A stretch of 57,958 nt of DNA from contig CASFMG010000012.1 in NCBI GenBank assembly GCA_949295755.1, forward strand, positions 1 through 57,958, given 5' to 3'. The notes below the pieces were generated by a model. The model had not been told where the DNA came from and did no database searches. It saw only the letters and a list, made by a program, of their open reading frames with translations. Shown here one piece after another: positions 35,406-45,130 of the stretch. Origin of the DNA: an uncultured Christensenella sp. Its GTDB lineage: Bacteria > Bacillota > Clostridia > Christensenellales > UBA1242. The first letter of the stretch is position 1. Each line of letters starts with the position of its first letter. A program made the position numbers and the translations under genes.

Positions 35406-36206
35406 ATGTTAAAATCATATTTTGGCATTTTTAAAATGGAATTCAAGGGCGAATTACAATATCGTGCCAAAGCCATTTCAGGTATAGCCACTCAATTTTT
35501 TTGGGGACTTTTACAAATATATTTATATATGGCATTTATGACATCAGACACTATAAATGGATTAACTCTTGCGCAATTATCTTCATATGTGTGGCTTGGT
35601 CAAGCGTTTTTTGCAATGCGTTTTATAACAATGAATAAAAAAATTGGCAAAGATATAACAAATGGAAATGTATGCTATAAGTTTATAAGGCCAATCAATA
35701 TTTATAACCAATGGTATGCCGAAGGTATAGGTCAAAAACTTGCTTCAACATTATTAAGATTTGTACCGATAATTATAATTGCCATTTTTTTGCCACCAAG
35801 TTTACGCCTTTATGCTCCTAAAAATTTTACTGCATTTGTTTTGTTTGTTTTAAGTTTAATACTTGGATTGTTAATGAGTCATACAATTTCTATGTTTGCT
35901 ATATTTTTAACATTTAAAACACTTTCTGATAAAGGTTCTGTTGGAATTGTTTCTTCAATATCTAATCTACTTAGTGGAGTTGTTATTCCTCTTCCACTGC
36001 TCCCTTTGGGCCTTCAAAATATTTTAAATTATTTGCCATTTCGATTTATATCAGACTTACCATTTAGAATTTATATTGGCAACATTAGTACATACGATGG
36101 AATGATATACCTTGGTATTGGCTTTGTTTGGCTTATCGTTTTAATAATTTTAGGAAAATTTTTAATTAAATTTGCTTTAAAGAAAACAATTATTCAAGGG
36201 GGTTAA
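35406..36206 (+). CDS. ABC-2 family transporter permease
   Basis: 266 aa, about 6 TM segments, SD AGGAG, located 8 nt after the ATPase gene. Confidence 0.8.
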   Translation: MLKSYFGIFKMEFKGELQYRAKAISGIATQFFWGLLQIYLYMAFMTSDTINGLTLAQLSSYVWLGQAFFAMRFITMNKKIGKDITNGNVCYKFIRPINIYNQWYAEGIGQKLASTLLRFVPIIIIAIFLPPSLRLYAPKNFTAFVLFVLSLILGLLMSHTISMFAIFLTFKTLSDKGSVGIVSSISNLLSGVVIPLPLLPLGLQNILNYLPFRFISDLPFRIYIGNISTYDGMIYLGIGFVWLIVLIILGKFLIKFALKKTIIQGG

Positions 36207-36207
36207 A

Positions 36208-36987
36208 ATGCTTTATAAAAACTATTTAAAAATGCACATCAAATCTTCTTTTCAATATAGATACAATATGATGTTTATTGCATTTAATCAAGTTTTAATA
36301 AATATAGGCGAAATTTTAGCAGTATATTTACTTTTTCAGCAATTTACACTTGTAGCAGGTTGGACATTTTATCAATCTCTGCTTATGATGGGAATTGTAT
36401 ACACTGTTTTCCCATTAAACGAATGTTTTGCCAGAGGATATGACGAATTTCCACAACTTATACAATCAGGAGATTTGGATAGATTTTTAATTAGACCAGT
36501 TAGCATACACTATCAAATTTTTGGTTTTAAAATAGAATTTACAAAAATTCCAAGAATATTATTAGGAATAGTTATTAGCATAATTGCTATTATAAATATA
36601 AATGTTGACTGGAATATTTTAAAAATTCTTGTACTCATTGCGACCTACATATGCGGAACCCTTGTTATTTTTGGTATTTTTATATTTAGTGCAGGAATAA
36701 GCATTTACACAGTGGAAAATTTGGAATTTATAAATATACTGACAAATGGTAGTAAGGAACTCGCATATTATCCTATAAACATATATGCTAAATGGTTGAC
36801 TAAAATATTTACTTACATTATTCCAATCGCTTGTTTTAATTATCTTCCTTTATCATATATTCTAGATATGAGTACAATTCCACCTTGGTTATGTGCAATA
36901 TCGCCTTTACTTGGAATGTTGTTCTTAATCCCTTGCGTTTTATTTTTTAATTATAGTTTACATAAATATAAAAGTACTGGAACATAA
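36208..36987 (+). CDS. ABC-2 family transporter permease (second subunit)
   Basis: 259 aa, multi-pass. SD GGGGG. Starts 1 nt after the previous stop. Confidence 0.8.
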   Translation: MLYKNYLKMHIKSSFQYRYNMMFIAFNQVLINIGEILAVYLLFQQFTLVAGWTFYQSLLMMGIVYTVFPLNECFARGYDEFPQLIQSGDLDRFLIRPVSIHYQIFGFKIEFTKIPRILLGIVISIIAIININVDWNILKILVLIATYICGTLVIFGIFIFSAGISIYTVENLEFINILTNGSKELAYYPINIYAKWLTKIFTYIIPIACFNYLPLSYILDMSTIPPWLCAISPLLGMLFLIPCVLFFNYSLHKYKSTGT

Positions 36988-37161
36988 ACATTGTTTATTT
37001 TTATATTTAATAAATTTTATATTGATTTAAATATTGCATTAAATTTTTTATAAAAAAATAATAAATTCTGTAAATAAACAAATAATTATAGTATCCATAT
37101 AAATATAATTGTATGCTTGACAAATTTTTATATTTTATATATTTATAAATTAGGGGGAATT

Positions 37162-37617
37162 ATGAAAAACATTAAACAAAAAATTATATTATCTATTATT
37201 TTTGCCTTTGTTCTTTTTTCAACTTCTGTTTTAGTTGGTTGCAACGAACCATATAATGTAACATTTGGCAATTATAACTACTATGGTGTGAGAGTGGTTA
37301 ACAACAACACAGGCGACATAAAAGAAGAAAGCGATGAAGAAACGACCGAAACAGTAACTGCAAAAATAAATTTCGTTTTTAATTCAGATTATACAATGAG
37401 TGCAATAACAAGTAAAGAAACCTATAATCTAACATACAAAGTAGATAGTAAAGGTTATGTAACTTTTATAGGCGATGATGCATATATGTTGTCTTTAATG
37501 GTTGGAAAAGATTTTGGCAATAACGGATATTTTGATGGAAACAAATTTTATTATAGATATGGATATAACGATAATACAAAAATCGAAAGATTTTCCATAT
37601 GTATTTTAGAGTCGTAA
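37162..37617 (+). CDS. Lipoprotein of unknown function
   Basis: ATG at 37162 after AGGGGGAA. Signal peptide with lipobox LVGC (SVLVGCNEP). Confidence 0.8.
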   Translation: MKNIKQKIILSIIFAFVLFSTSVLVGCNEPYNVTFGNYNYYGVRVVNNNTGDIKEESDEETTETVTAKINFVFNSDYTMSAITSKETYNLTYKVDSKGYVTFIGDDAYMLSLMVGKDFGNNGYFDGNKFYYRYGYNDNTKIERFSICILES

Positions 37618-37633
37618 TTTGATAATATTGCAT

Positions 37634-37664
37634 AAAAAATTCACTTAAAAAGTGAATTTTTTTT
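37634..37664. terminator. Bidirectional terminator
   Basis: aaaaaattcactt / aagtgaatttttt hairpin between convergent genes. Confidence 0.7.
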
Positions 37665-37693
37665 ATATATTATATTGAATATTTAATTATATT

Positions 37694-38164
37694 CTAGTTT
37701 AAAATCCAAAGTGCACAATTAAACGAAGTAGCAATAAACAACCATAAAATATAAATCCATAAAATATTTACATAAATTTTATTTGTTTTATTTAATGATA
37801 TTAAAAGTAATACACCGAAAAATGCATTTAGAATTATTATTATATTGCCGAGCAAGAGTTGGTTTAAGGTAAAGAAAACTAAGCACCATAAAACATTAAG
37901 TACACCATTTACTGCACATAAATATATACTTTTTATTGTTAATAAATTGTTTTTTGATAATAAAGATAAAATAATAGCAAAAAGAATATAAACAATTGTC
38001 CAAACTAGTGGAATCACAAAATTAGGTATCCATTGGTTTGGAACTAATAGATTATTATACCAGTTTATTCCCAAGTTTACAAAAATACTACCTAAAATAG
38101 CAACTACTAAAATAGAAAAACATATTATCAAAATTTTATAATATTTTTCAAAAAACTTTCTCAT
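37694..38164 (-). CDS. tspO: TspO/MBR family (tryptophan-rich sensory) membrane protein
   Basis: 156 aa, 5 TM segments. WYNNLLVPNQWIPNFVIPLVWTIVYILFAI is typical of the family. Confidence 0.8.
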   Translation of the reverse strand: MRKFFEKYYKILIICFSILVVAILGSIFVNLGINWYNNLLVPNQWIPNFVIPLVWTIVYILFAIILSLLSKNNLLTIKSIYLCAVNGVLNVLWCLVFFTLNQLLLGNIIIILNAFFGVLLLISLNKTNKIYVNILWIYILWLFIATSFNCALWILN

Positions 38165-38285
38165 AATATTATTATACTAATACATACAATATAATATTCA
38201 AATGAGTTAACTTTTAAATTTGATATATAACAAAATATTTGACAACACAATAATTTTTTGTTACACTCGCTATAAGGAGATTATT

Positions 38286-39032
38286 ATGGAACTTATTATT
38301 TGTTTAGTAATATTAGGTATACTTTTAGTTATTGCTTGCGTTGTTGGAATAATTAGATGGAATGCAAGAAGAATAACAACTTGGTTTGCACTAAAAAAAC
38401 TTGACATAAACAAACCTATTGAAGAGTACACAAATTTATTATTAGAAGAACACGGTTTAATTGATGTACAAGTAAAAAAAGTTGGATTTTTTGCATCAAT
38501 GTTTGTTGGAAACACATATAGTGTAAAAAAGAAAACAATTAAACTGAGTTGGTATGCATCAAAAAGAGCAACGGCAACAACTCTTGCACAAGCGTGCAGA
38601 CTTGTTGGCTTGGCTAAAATGCACAACGATGGTGTAAAAGGTCTTAAAACAATAGAGATGTATAGATGGTTATCTTGGTTACCTGTACTTTTATTGCCAC
38701 TTGCAATAATTGGACTTATTGTTGACCTTATTTTGCAACCACAAATTGGTTTATATACACTTATATTTAGTGGAGTAGGTTTAGTTTTAACTTTATTTAC
38801 TTTTATATTAGCGTGTATTGCTTCTAGCAAAGATATTAAGGCTTGCAATGAAGGAGAAAAAATAATTCTTGAAATTGGAATACTGAACGAGCAAGAAGAA
38901 ACAAAAATCAAAAAACTGTTTAAAGCGTGGAAACAACTAACAGTTGTCAATGTTCTATACAATACATTTATAATGTTGTTCTTCTTAATAAGGGCAATAT
39001 TCTCATCGTTTAAATTATTTGGGAGAAAATAA
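38286..39032 (+). CDS. YugP-like membrane protein lacking the HExxH zinc-peptidase motif (likely pseudo-peptidase)
   Basis: ATG at 38286 after AAGGAG. By my alignment to B. subtilis YugP as I recall it, HGLIDVQVKKV matches NGIYDVTVEHV and YSVKKKTIKLS matches YDPRKKVVRLS. The AAHEVGHAIQH position reads AQACRLVGLAKMH. Confidence 0.65.
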   Translation: MELIICLVILGILLVIACVVGIIRWNARRITTWFALKKLDINKPIEEYTNLLLEEHGLIDVQVKKVGFFASMFVGNTYSVKKKTIKLSWYASKRATATTLAQACRLVGLAKMHNDGVKGLKTIEMYRWLSWLPVLLLPLAIIGLIVDLILQPQIGLYTLIFSGVGLVLTLFTFILACIASSKDIKACNEGEKIILEIGILNEQEETKIKKLFKAWKQLTVVNVLYNTFIMLFFLIRAIFSSFKLFGRK

Positions 39033-39034
39033 AT

Positions 39035-39859
39035 ATGAATGATTTAAAGTTTTTAAACAAGGATACAAAAGTCTTTTCCGTAGTAACAAGCGTTTTGCTT
39101 GGTATTGCGCTTTTGGTTTTAGTTATTGTAGGTCTTATCAGTGGCAACTTTTTAGGAATATCAGTTGTTGGTTCTTGCGTAGTTGTTTTTGTTTCAGCAA
39201 TTTTTATGGGTTCAATGCAAATAAGAGTATTTAATAACTATAAAAGTCAAAAAAAATATTTATGTGCTGATGGAATATTTTATATATGTTTAACAGTTTT
39301 AGTGGCAATAGCAGGACTTGTTTTTGTTCTTGTACCAAATGCCAAAGTTGATATAAGATACTTTATTTTCGTTTTTGCTCTCGCCTTCGCTATATGGAAA
39401 ATGTTAATTGCAGTGCTAGGTTTTAAAAACAAATATTATAATGCTTTTTTGGAATTAGTAATCGCAATGCTATGGCTTTTAAGCGGTTTGGCAGTTTTGT
39501 TTAGTTTATTTAACAATTTAAGTGTAATTGGTCAATATTTACTTTGCGTATCTAATTATATACTTGGTGCAGTAACTATATTTTATATTTTGTTTTCTTA
39601 TGTATTTAAAGAACCAGACTTTTTAGTTACAGAAAAAGCAAAAGAAATTCTTTTAAGAGAACAAGAAGAAAGACAACAAAGAATAAATAGATTTAATAAT
39701 AGATTTGGCGTTAGCGAACCACAAAATAGTACAAAACCTGTTTCAAAAGAAGGTGTCGAAGATAAACTCCAAAAATTACAAAATTTAAAAGACAAAAACT
39801 TTATTACCGAAGAAGAATTTAAAAAACGAAAGCAACAAATATTGGACGAAGAATTTTAA
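39035..39859 (+). CDS. Multi-pass membrane protein with C-terminal SHOCT domain
   Basis: 274 aa with about 6 TM segments. C-terminal KLQKLQNLKDKNFITEEEFKKRKQQILDE fits the SHOCT pattern. Starts 2 nt after the previous gene. Confidence 0.75.
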   Translation: MNDLKFLNKDTKVFSVVTSVLLGIALLVLVIVGLISGNFLGISVVGSCVVVFVSAIFMGSMQIRVFNNYKSQKKYLCADGIFYICLTVLVAIAGLVFVLVPNAKVDIRYFIFVFALAFAIWKMLIAVLGFKNKYYNAFLELVIAMLWLLSGLAVLFSLFNNLSVIGQYLLCVSNYILGAVTIFYILFSYVFKEPDFLVTEKAKEILLREQEERQQRINRFNNRFGVSEPQNSTKPVSKEGVEDKLQKLQNLKDKNFITEEEFKKRKQQILDEEF

Positions 39860-39860
39860 T

Positions 39861-39887
39861 AAAAAATCACCTATTGGTGATTTTTTA
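39861..39887 (+). terminator. Rho-independent terminator
   Basis: aaaaaatcacc-tatt-ggtgatttttt. Confidence 0.8.
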
Positions 39888-39946
39888 TTTTATTTTTAAA
39901 AAAGTTTTAACCATAATATAGATTACTTCATTTTTAAAAAATCTTT

Positions 39947-40405
39947 TTAATACTTTGTTTTATTTTTCATTGATTTATATGTTTCAAACAACTTTAAACA
40001 CTCTTCCCTATCTAGTTCCTGCATAAAATTTTTTGGAGCAACAAAATTGAAACTTTTATAAAGTTCATCATCTCTAAAACCAATGCTATCTATATCTTTT
40101 TGATCGCAACCATAATAAACTTTGTCTATGTTTGCCCACATACAAGCACAAGCACACATCGGGCAAGGTTGACCTGTTGTATAAATTTCACAACCCTTTA
40201 AATTAAATGTTCCTAATTTGTTTCCTGCCTTTCTTATAGCATCAATTTCGCCATGACAAGTTGGGTCATTATTTGAAACAACGTGATTGTGTCCAACACT
40301 TATGACCTTACCATCTTTAACAATACACGAACCGAAAGGACCACCGTGGTTGTTTTTTATTCCTTCTTTTGCTTCTTCTATTGCAATTTTCATAAATTTG
40401 TTCAT
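39947..40405 (-). CDS. guaD: Guanine deaminase-like CDA-fold nucleotide/nucleoside deaminase
   Basis: Start at MNKFMK (ATG 40403-40405) after GAGGG. Zinc motifs CHGE and PCPMC. Length and layout resemble B. subtilis GuaD as I recall it. Confidence 0.75.
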   Translation of the reverse strand: MNKFMKIAIEEAKEGIKNNHGGPFGSCIVKDGKVISVGHNHVVSNNDPTCHGEIDAIRKAGNKLGTFNLKGCEIYTTGQPCPMCACACMWANIDKVYYGCDQKDIDSIGFRDDELYKSFNFVAPKNFMQELDREECLKLFETYKSMKNKTKY

Positions 40406-40556
40406 TTTGCCCTCGCAAAATAAGTGTAGCACATTTTTAGTTTTTTAAAAAGTTTTATTAAACATTTTTGTTGATTATTAGTCAAAAAAATCTCTTTTAT
40501 TACAACATAATTTTAAAAATTTTCCACAAAGTAATTTTGTAAAAAAGGAGATTTAA

Positions 40557-41438
40557 ATGAAAAAGAAAATTTTTGTTATTGGTTTAATTTTTGCTTTATT
40601 TATAACAGGTATAATTTTTAAAGGTGTTTTAAGTACAAATGAAAAAGTATTTGCGTTAGAAGCCAATAAACAATTTGTAGTTGTTATTGGAAATGGAACG
40701 GTGGAAACCGTACCCGATTGTGTTAAAATAAATTTTGGAATCAAACTAAGGGCGGACTCTATTAAAGAAGGACAAGAAAAAATTTCACAAATATATGATA
40801 ATATTTCAACAAAAATAAAAGAAATTGATGCAAATAACACAATTTTTGTTAATTTTTCATCGTCATATCCTGTTTGTGAACACGGTATACAAAGTTATGA
40901 AATAAATTATGATATTTCAGTAAAAAGCAATAATTTAGAAAATGCCAACCAAATAATAGAAGTAGCAACGGAAAACGGAGCAACAAGTTTTTATAACACA
41001 ATATATTCACTTGAAAATCAACAAAATTTATATAATGACGCTTTAATTAAAGCAAAAGAAAATGCAATAGAAAAAGCAAATGCTTTATATTCTAATACAA
41101 ATTTAAAAGAACTTATTGAAATAAGTGTATACAGTTTTAGTCAAGGAAACAAAGACGGCAAAATTATAGTTGAAGCAAGAGTTAAGGCAAGATTTGAACT
41201 AAATAATGAAGTGGAAAACACAACCAACGATAATACAATTCAAGAAGATACTACTATCAATGACGCAAACAACGACATATTACCAAGTGAAAACGATAAT
41301 AACTTTACGGAAGATTATAATAACAATGATAATATAATTGATGACAATTATAATAATATAAACAATGAAGATAGTAATGAAATAATAGAAGAACAAACAT
41401 CGCAAGAAAAAGATAAACCTTTCGGTTTATCTTTCTAA
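40557..41438 (+). CDS. SIMPL (DUF541) domain protein with N/D-rich low-complexity tail
   Basis: SD AAGGAG. N-terminal anchor IFVIGLIFALFITGIIF. VVIGNGTVETVPDCVKINFGI is typical of SIMPL. The C-terminal 80 aa or so are N/D-rich. Confidence 0.7.
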   Translation: MKKKIFVIGLIFALFITGIIFKGVLSTNEKVFALEANKQFVVVIGNGTVETVPDCVKINFGIKLRADSIKEGQEKISQIYDNISTKIKEIDANNTIFVNFSSSYPVCEHGIQSYEINYDISVKSNNLENANQIIEVATENGATSFYNTIYSLENQQNLYNDALIKAKENAIEKANALYSNTNLKELIEISVYSFSQGNKDGKIIVEARVKARFELNNEVENTTNDNTIQEDTTINDANNDILPSENDNNFTEDYNNNDNIIDDNYNNINNEDSNEIIEEQTSQEKDKPFGLSF

Positions 41439-41445
41439 TACATAT

Positions 41446-42438
41446 TTAATTTTCTACACCAATGGCTATTCTTACATTTTTTAAATATTCTTTGGCAAGT
41501 TTTTGTGCTTTTTCTGCCCCTTGTTTTAAGATTTCATCAACAATATTTTTATTTTTCATATAGTACAAAAATTTTTCACGCATTGGTTTAATATAATCAT
41601 TTGCGACTTCAAAAAGCATATTTTTTGCTTCTCCCCAAGCAAGTCCTTCTTTTAATTTTTGTTCAAAATCTTTTGCCTTGTTTTCATCAACAAAAAGTTT
41701 ATACAATTTATTGATTGTACAATCAACATCTTTTGGTTCACCAGGAAGTTTACTATCGGTTACAATCTTATTTATTTTTTTCTTTAATTCTTTTTCGTCG
41801 GTAAATAGTTGGATTGTATTATTGTAACTCTTACTCATTTTTCTACCATCAAGACCAACTAATGTACTGACATTTTCTTGTATATAACAATCAGGACTAT
41901 TAAAAACATTATCATATTTTTTATTAAAAGCAATGGCAATGTCTCTTGCAATTTCAATATGTTGTTTTTGGTCTAGCCCCACAGGTACTAAATCAGCACC
42001 AAAAGTTAAGATATCACTAGCCATAAGTATTGGATAGTTATATAACCCCATATTCACATTAGCATCTTTATCTAAATCGTTTTGCTCATTGAATTCTACG
42101 CACGCTTTATATGCGTGAGCCCTATTCATTAAACCTTTTGGTGTTACATTGCACAAAATCCAATTTATTTCAAAAACTTCTTTAATATCACTTTGTCTAT
42201 AAAAAACAACCTTATTGGGATCAAGTCCACAAGCAAGCCAAGTGCAAGCAATATTATAAAAATACTCTTTCATTTCATCTTTTGTTTTAAGTGTTGTAAG
42301 TGCGTGGTAATCAGCAATAAAATAAAAACATTCATAGTTTTCATCTTTACTCAATTCTATGGCAGGTTTAATTGCACCAAAATAATTTCCAAGATGTGCA
42401 TAACCTGTTGGTTTAATTCCAGTTAATACTCTTTTCAT
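41446..42438 (-). CDS. trpS: Tryptophan--tRNA ligase
   Basis: 330 aa. N-terminal TGIKPTGYAHLGNYFG (HIGH-type) and KMSKS. Confidence 0.93.
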   Translation of the reverse strand: MKRVLTGIKPTGYAHLGNYFGAIKPAIELSKDENYECFYFIADYHALTTLKTKDEMKEYFYNIACTWLACGLDPNKVVFYRQSDIKEVFEINWILCNVTPKGLMNRAHAYKACVEFNEQNDLDKDANVNMGLYNYPILMASDILTFGADLVPVGLDQKQHIEIARDIAIAFNKKYDNVFNSPDCYIQENVSTLVGLDGRKMSKSYNNTIQLFTDEKELKKKINKIVTDSKLPGEPKDVDCTINKLYKLFVDENKAKDFEQKLKEGLAWGEAKNMLFEVANDYIKPMREKFLYYMKNKNIVDEILKQGAEKAQKLAKEYLKNVRIAIGVEN

Positions 42439-42496
42439 TGTGTATCCTTTTAATTAAATAATATCTCTTCTAGTTTAAGTTTAAAAATATATTTTG

Positions 42497-43024
42497 TCAA
42501 ACATAAGGTTTGTTTTGATAATCACAAAAACTAAGTTCATAAAAATCAAATTGTACATTTTTATTAGTTTTATGACTTTTTCTATCATTGTTGGAATAAA
42601 CAAAACCAAAACCAAATTTATGTAAAATTTTTTTGGAATTTAAATTATCAAACTGACAATCTGCTTTAATTTTTACAAAACTCCAATTTAAAAACGCATT
42701 TTTTAGAATTTCGTTAACACTTTCACTAGCGTATCCGTTACCCCAATATTTTTCGTTAAAAACATATGATAATTCTCCAATATGGGCAGTTTTTTCTTTA
42801 ATACCAATAGTTCCTATCATTTTGTTATTACTTTTTAAAACAACACCAAACGAATATGGATTTGGACTATATTGTTTTCTTTTTTCAAAATAAGTTTTTA
42901 CTTGTTCATACGACATTTTTTTTACAAAAACATCAACTTTATCGCCACTAAAAATTTCATAAAAATCATTTATATCGCCATTCGTTAATGGTCGTAATAA
43001 AAGTCTTTTTGTTTGTAAAATCAT
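42497..43024 (-). CDS. GNAT family N-acetyltransferase (RimJ/RimL-like)
   Basis: 175 aa. LLLRPLTNGD N-terminus and YWGNGYASESV motif A region. Confidence 0.85.
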   Translation of the reverse strand: MILQTKRLLLRPLTNGDINDFYEIFSGDKVDVFVKKMSYEQVKTYFEKRKQYSPNPYSFGVVLKSNNKMIGTIGIKEKTAHIGELSYVFNEKYWGNGYASESVNEILKNAFLNWSFVKIKADCQFDNLNSKKILHKFGFGFVYSNNDRKSHKTNKNVQFDFYELSFCDYQNKPYV

Positions 43025-43119
43025 AATTAATCCTTATATATTAACACTATTGTATATAATATTTTTACAAAATAAAATAATTTTTAAATATATTAATGTT
43101 AAAAATTTTATACTTTTTT

Positions 43120-43209
43120 TGGCGGAAGGAATGGGATTTGAACCCATGATGCCCTTTCGGGCATACCGGTTTTCGAGACCAGCACATTCAACCACTCTGA
43201 CATCCTTCC
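43120..43209 (-). tRNA. tRNA-Ser (anticodon CGA), CCA encoded
   Basis: Folded by hand. Acceptor GGAAGGA/TCCTTCC; anticodon stem CTGGT/ACCGG with loop CT-CGA-AA; long variable arm ATGCCC..GGGCAT; T arm ATGGG-TTCAAAT-CCCAT. The track ORF 43034-43216 is an artefact over this gene. Confidence 0.95.
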
Positions 43210-43219
43210 ATGCCAAAGT

Positions 43220-43248
43220 ATAATATCACAAAATTTATTTTTTTTCAA
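43220..43248 (-). promoter_or_regulatory. Candidate promoter of tRNA-Ser(CGA)
   Basis: On the minus strand: TTGAAA (43243-43248), 17-nt spacer ending TGtgA, -10 TATTAT (43220-43225), about 10 nt before the tRNA 5' end. Confidence 0.5.
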
Positions 43249-43315
43249 TTATTTTATTAGTACTATTGAACTTTTGTAAAAAGTATGTTATCTTTTTAAT
43301 ATAAGGGGAAATTTT

Positions 43316-43639
43316 ATGAAATTAACTAAAAATCAAATAATAGACTTTGTTGAAAATTATGGTAATGACCATGTGTTTTTTGATTATTGTGTAAATGAAA
43401 AAGGAAATTACATCGTTAGATATATTCCAATTTTAGCCAAACTTGTAAGTCAAGAGACTTTACCTATAGCAATTAAAGAAATAAAACAAAATCCAACTAA
43501 ATACAACGATTCAATTGTAACCATTGTTTTAACTGAAAACAAGGCATATATATTAAATGCAAACCAATACACAGATATGTCACTTGTTGAAAATTATCAA
43601 AGATTTTTAAGAGACCAAGAAAAAGGACTATCGTTTTAA
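43316..43639 (+). CDS. Hypothetical protein
   Basis: 107 aa. SD AAGGGG. No motif recognised. Confidence 0.7.
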   Translation: MKLTKNQIIDFVENYGNDHVFFDYCVNEKGNYIVRYIPILAKLVSQETLPIAIKEIKQNPTKYNDSIVTIVLTENKAYILNANQYTDMSLVENYQRFLRDQEKGLSF

Positions 43640-43648
43640 AAATTTTTA

Positions 43649-43679
43649 AAAAAACTCTACCATATAGTAGAGTTTTTTT
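43649..43679. terminator. Bidirectional terminator
   Basis: aaaaaactctac-catata-gtagagtttttt between convergent genes. Confidence 0.75.
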
Positions 43680-43680
43680 A

Positions 43681-45075
43681 TTAAATCTTTACAAATTTTA
43701 ACACATTTGAAATTTTGTCTGTTGTTCCTGTTGTTACAATTATTAAATCATTTTTTTGTGCAATCTTGTTTTTTAAACATATTGATTTTGCCTGACTGAA
43801 TATATCATCTTCTTTTTTTGATAATACAGGTACACAATTTGAAATCATGGACAAAGCGTTAAATGTTTTTTTTGTGTCTGCAATAGCCACGATAGGAACC
43901 TTTGCATATTTTGTTGAAAATTTTAATGCATTTGTACCTTTACTTGTGTATGTTACTATTGCCTTAACACCTAAAAAGAAACTTGCATTTACTGCACTTT
44001 GTATAATTAGGTCGTTGCTTGTCTTTGGATTTTTCGGCATATTGTTAAACTTAGTATAATAGTCAAACTCACTTTCTGCTTCTTTTAATATTTTTACCAT
44101 TGTTTTTACGCAAGACACTGGGTCATGTCCCATTGCACTTTCGCCAGATAACATAACAACACCCGCACCATCAAATACTGCTTTTGCAACATCACTAATT
44201 TCGGCACGAGTTGGACGAATTGATGTTATCATGCTTTCTAGCATTTCAGTTGCAACGATGCTTGTTTTTGAATATTTCTTGGCAAAACTAATTATTTTTC
44301 TTTGATAAATTGGTAGTTTTTCAAAACTTGCTTCAACACCCAAATCTCCACGAGCAACCATAACGCCATCACAGTTTGCAACTATTTCATCAAGATTATT
44401 TATTCCTGTTCTATTTTCAATTTTTGCAATAATCTTTATATTTTTATCGAATTGGTAAACATAATTTTTTAGTTCTTCCAAATCTTTTTTAGTGTTAACA
44501 AAACTTGCACTAATATATTCAACACCAAGCACAAGTGCTTGTTTTAAGTCTTGTTTGTCTTTTTCGTTTAAGTATTCAAAATCAAAATGTTGATTTACAA
44601 ACGACAAACTTTTATTGTCTCTAAGTTCTCCACCTGCACACACTTTGCAAACCAATTCATTAGGTTTTTTATTTATTATTTTTAGTTTTAATTTTCCATC
44701 ATTTGCAAGCACTATGCCACCAATCTTGGCATTATCCACACAAATTTTTTGAGTTATTTGCACTTTTGTGTTGTCTCCAATAACATTATTTGAAACAAAA
44801 GAGAATTGTTGTCCCCTTTTTAACATTATCTTTTTGTCTTTAAACGAACAAACTCTAACCTCTGGACCACGAGTATCAACCATAATAGATATTGACATAT
44901 TTAATTTTTCTCGTACTTTTTGAACTCTTTTTATATACATTTCTATATTCTCAAAAGTTCCATGACTGAAATTTATTCTAAAAACATTAACTCCTGCCTT
45001 TATTAACTTTTCTATCATTTTTTCACTATCACTGCTTGGTCCAAGTGTTGCTATTATTTTTGTTTTTCTTAACAT
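43681..45075 (-). CDS. pyk: Pyruvate kinase
   Basis: 464 aa. N-terminal KTKIIATLGPSS, then MVARGDLGVE and MLSGESA motifs. Confidence 0.93.
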   Translation of the reverse strand: MLRKTKIIATLGPSSDSEKMIEKLIKAGVNVFRINFSHGTFENIEMYIKRVQKVREKLNMSISIMVDTRGPEVRVCSFKDKKIMLKRGQQFSFVSNNVIGDNTKVQITQKICVDNAKIGGIVLANDGKLKLKIINKKPNELVCKVCAGGELRDNKSLSFVNQHFDFEYLNEKDKQDLKQALVLGVEYISASFVNTKKDLEELKNYVYQFDKNIKIIAKIENRTGINNLDEIVANCDGVMVARGDLGVEASFEKLPIYQRKIISFAKKYSKTSIVATEMLESMITSIRPTRAEISDVAKAVFDGAGVVMLSGESAMGHDPVSCVKTMVKILKEAESEFDYYTKFNNMPKNPKTSNDLIIQSAVNASFFLGVKAIVTYTSKGTNALKFSTKYAKVPIVAIADTKKTFNALSMISNCVPVLSKKEDDIFSQAKSICLKNKIAQKNDLIIVTTGTTDKISNVLKFVKI

Positions 45076-45097
45076 TTTTTCTCCTTATACCTTTAAA

Positions 45098-45126
45098 AAA
45101 TAAAGCAAATTGAATTGCTTTATTTT
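45098..45126 (-). terminator. Terminator after serS
   Basis: Hairpin aaataaagcaa / ttgctttattt a few nt beyond the serS stop. Confidence 0.6.
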
Positions 45127-45130
45127 AGTA

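Noticed and set aside
38270-38962. 230-aa ORF on the minus strand
   Set aside because: It lies entirely antisense to the SD-supported YugP-like gene (38286-39032). It has no ribosome-binding site, and its Ser/Ile/Phe/Cys-rich composition is typical of a shadow ORF in AT-rich coding DNA.
40406-40556. Purine riboswitch upstream of the guanine-deaminase-like gene
   Set aside because: The region is A/T-rich with no three-way-junction-compatible helices visible.
43034-43216. 60-aa ORF on the minus strand
   Set aside because: It overlaps a hand-folded, canonical tRNA-Ser(CGA) at 43120-43209. The GC-rich tRNA sequence merely keeps a frame open.
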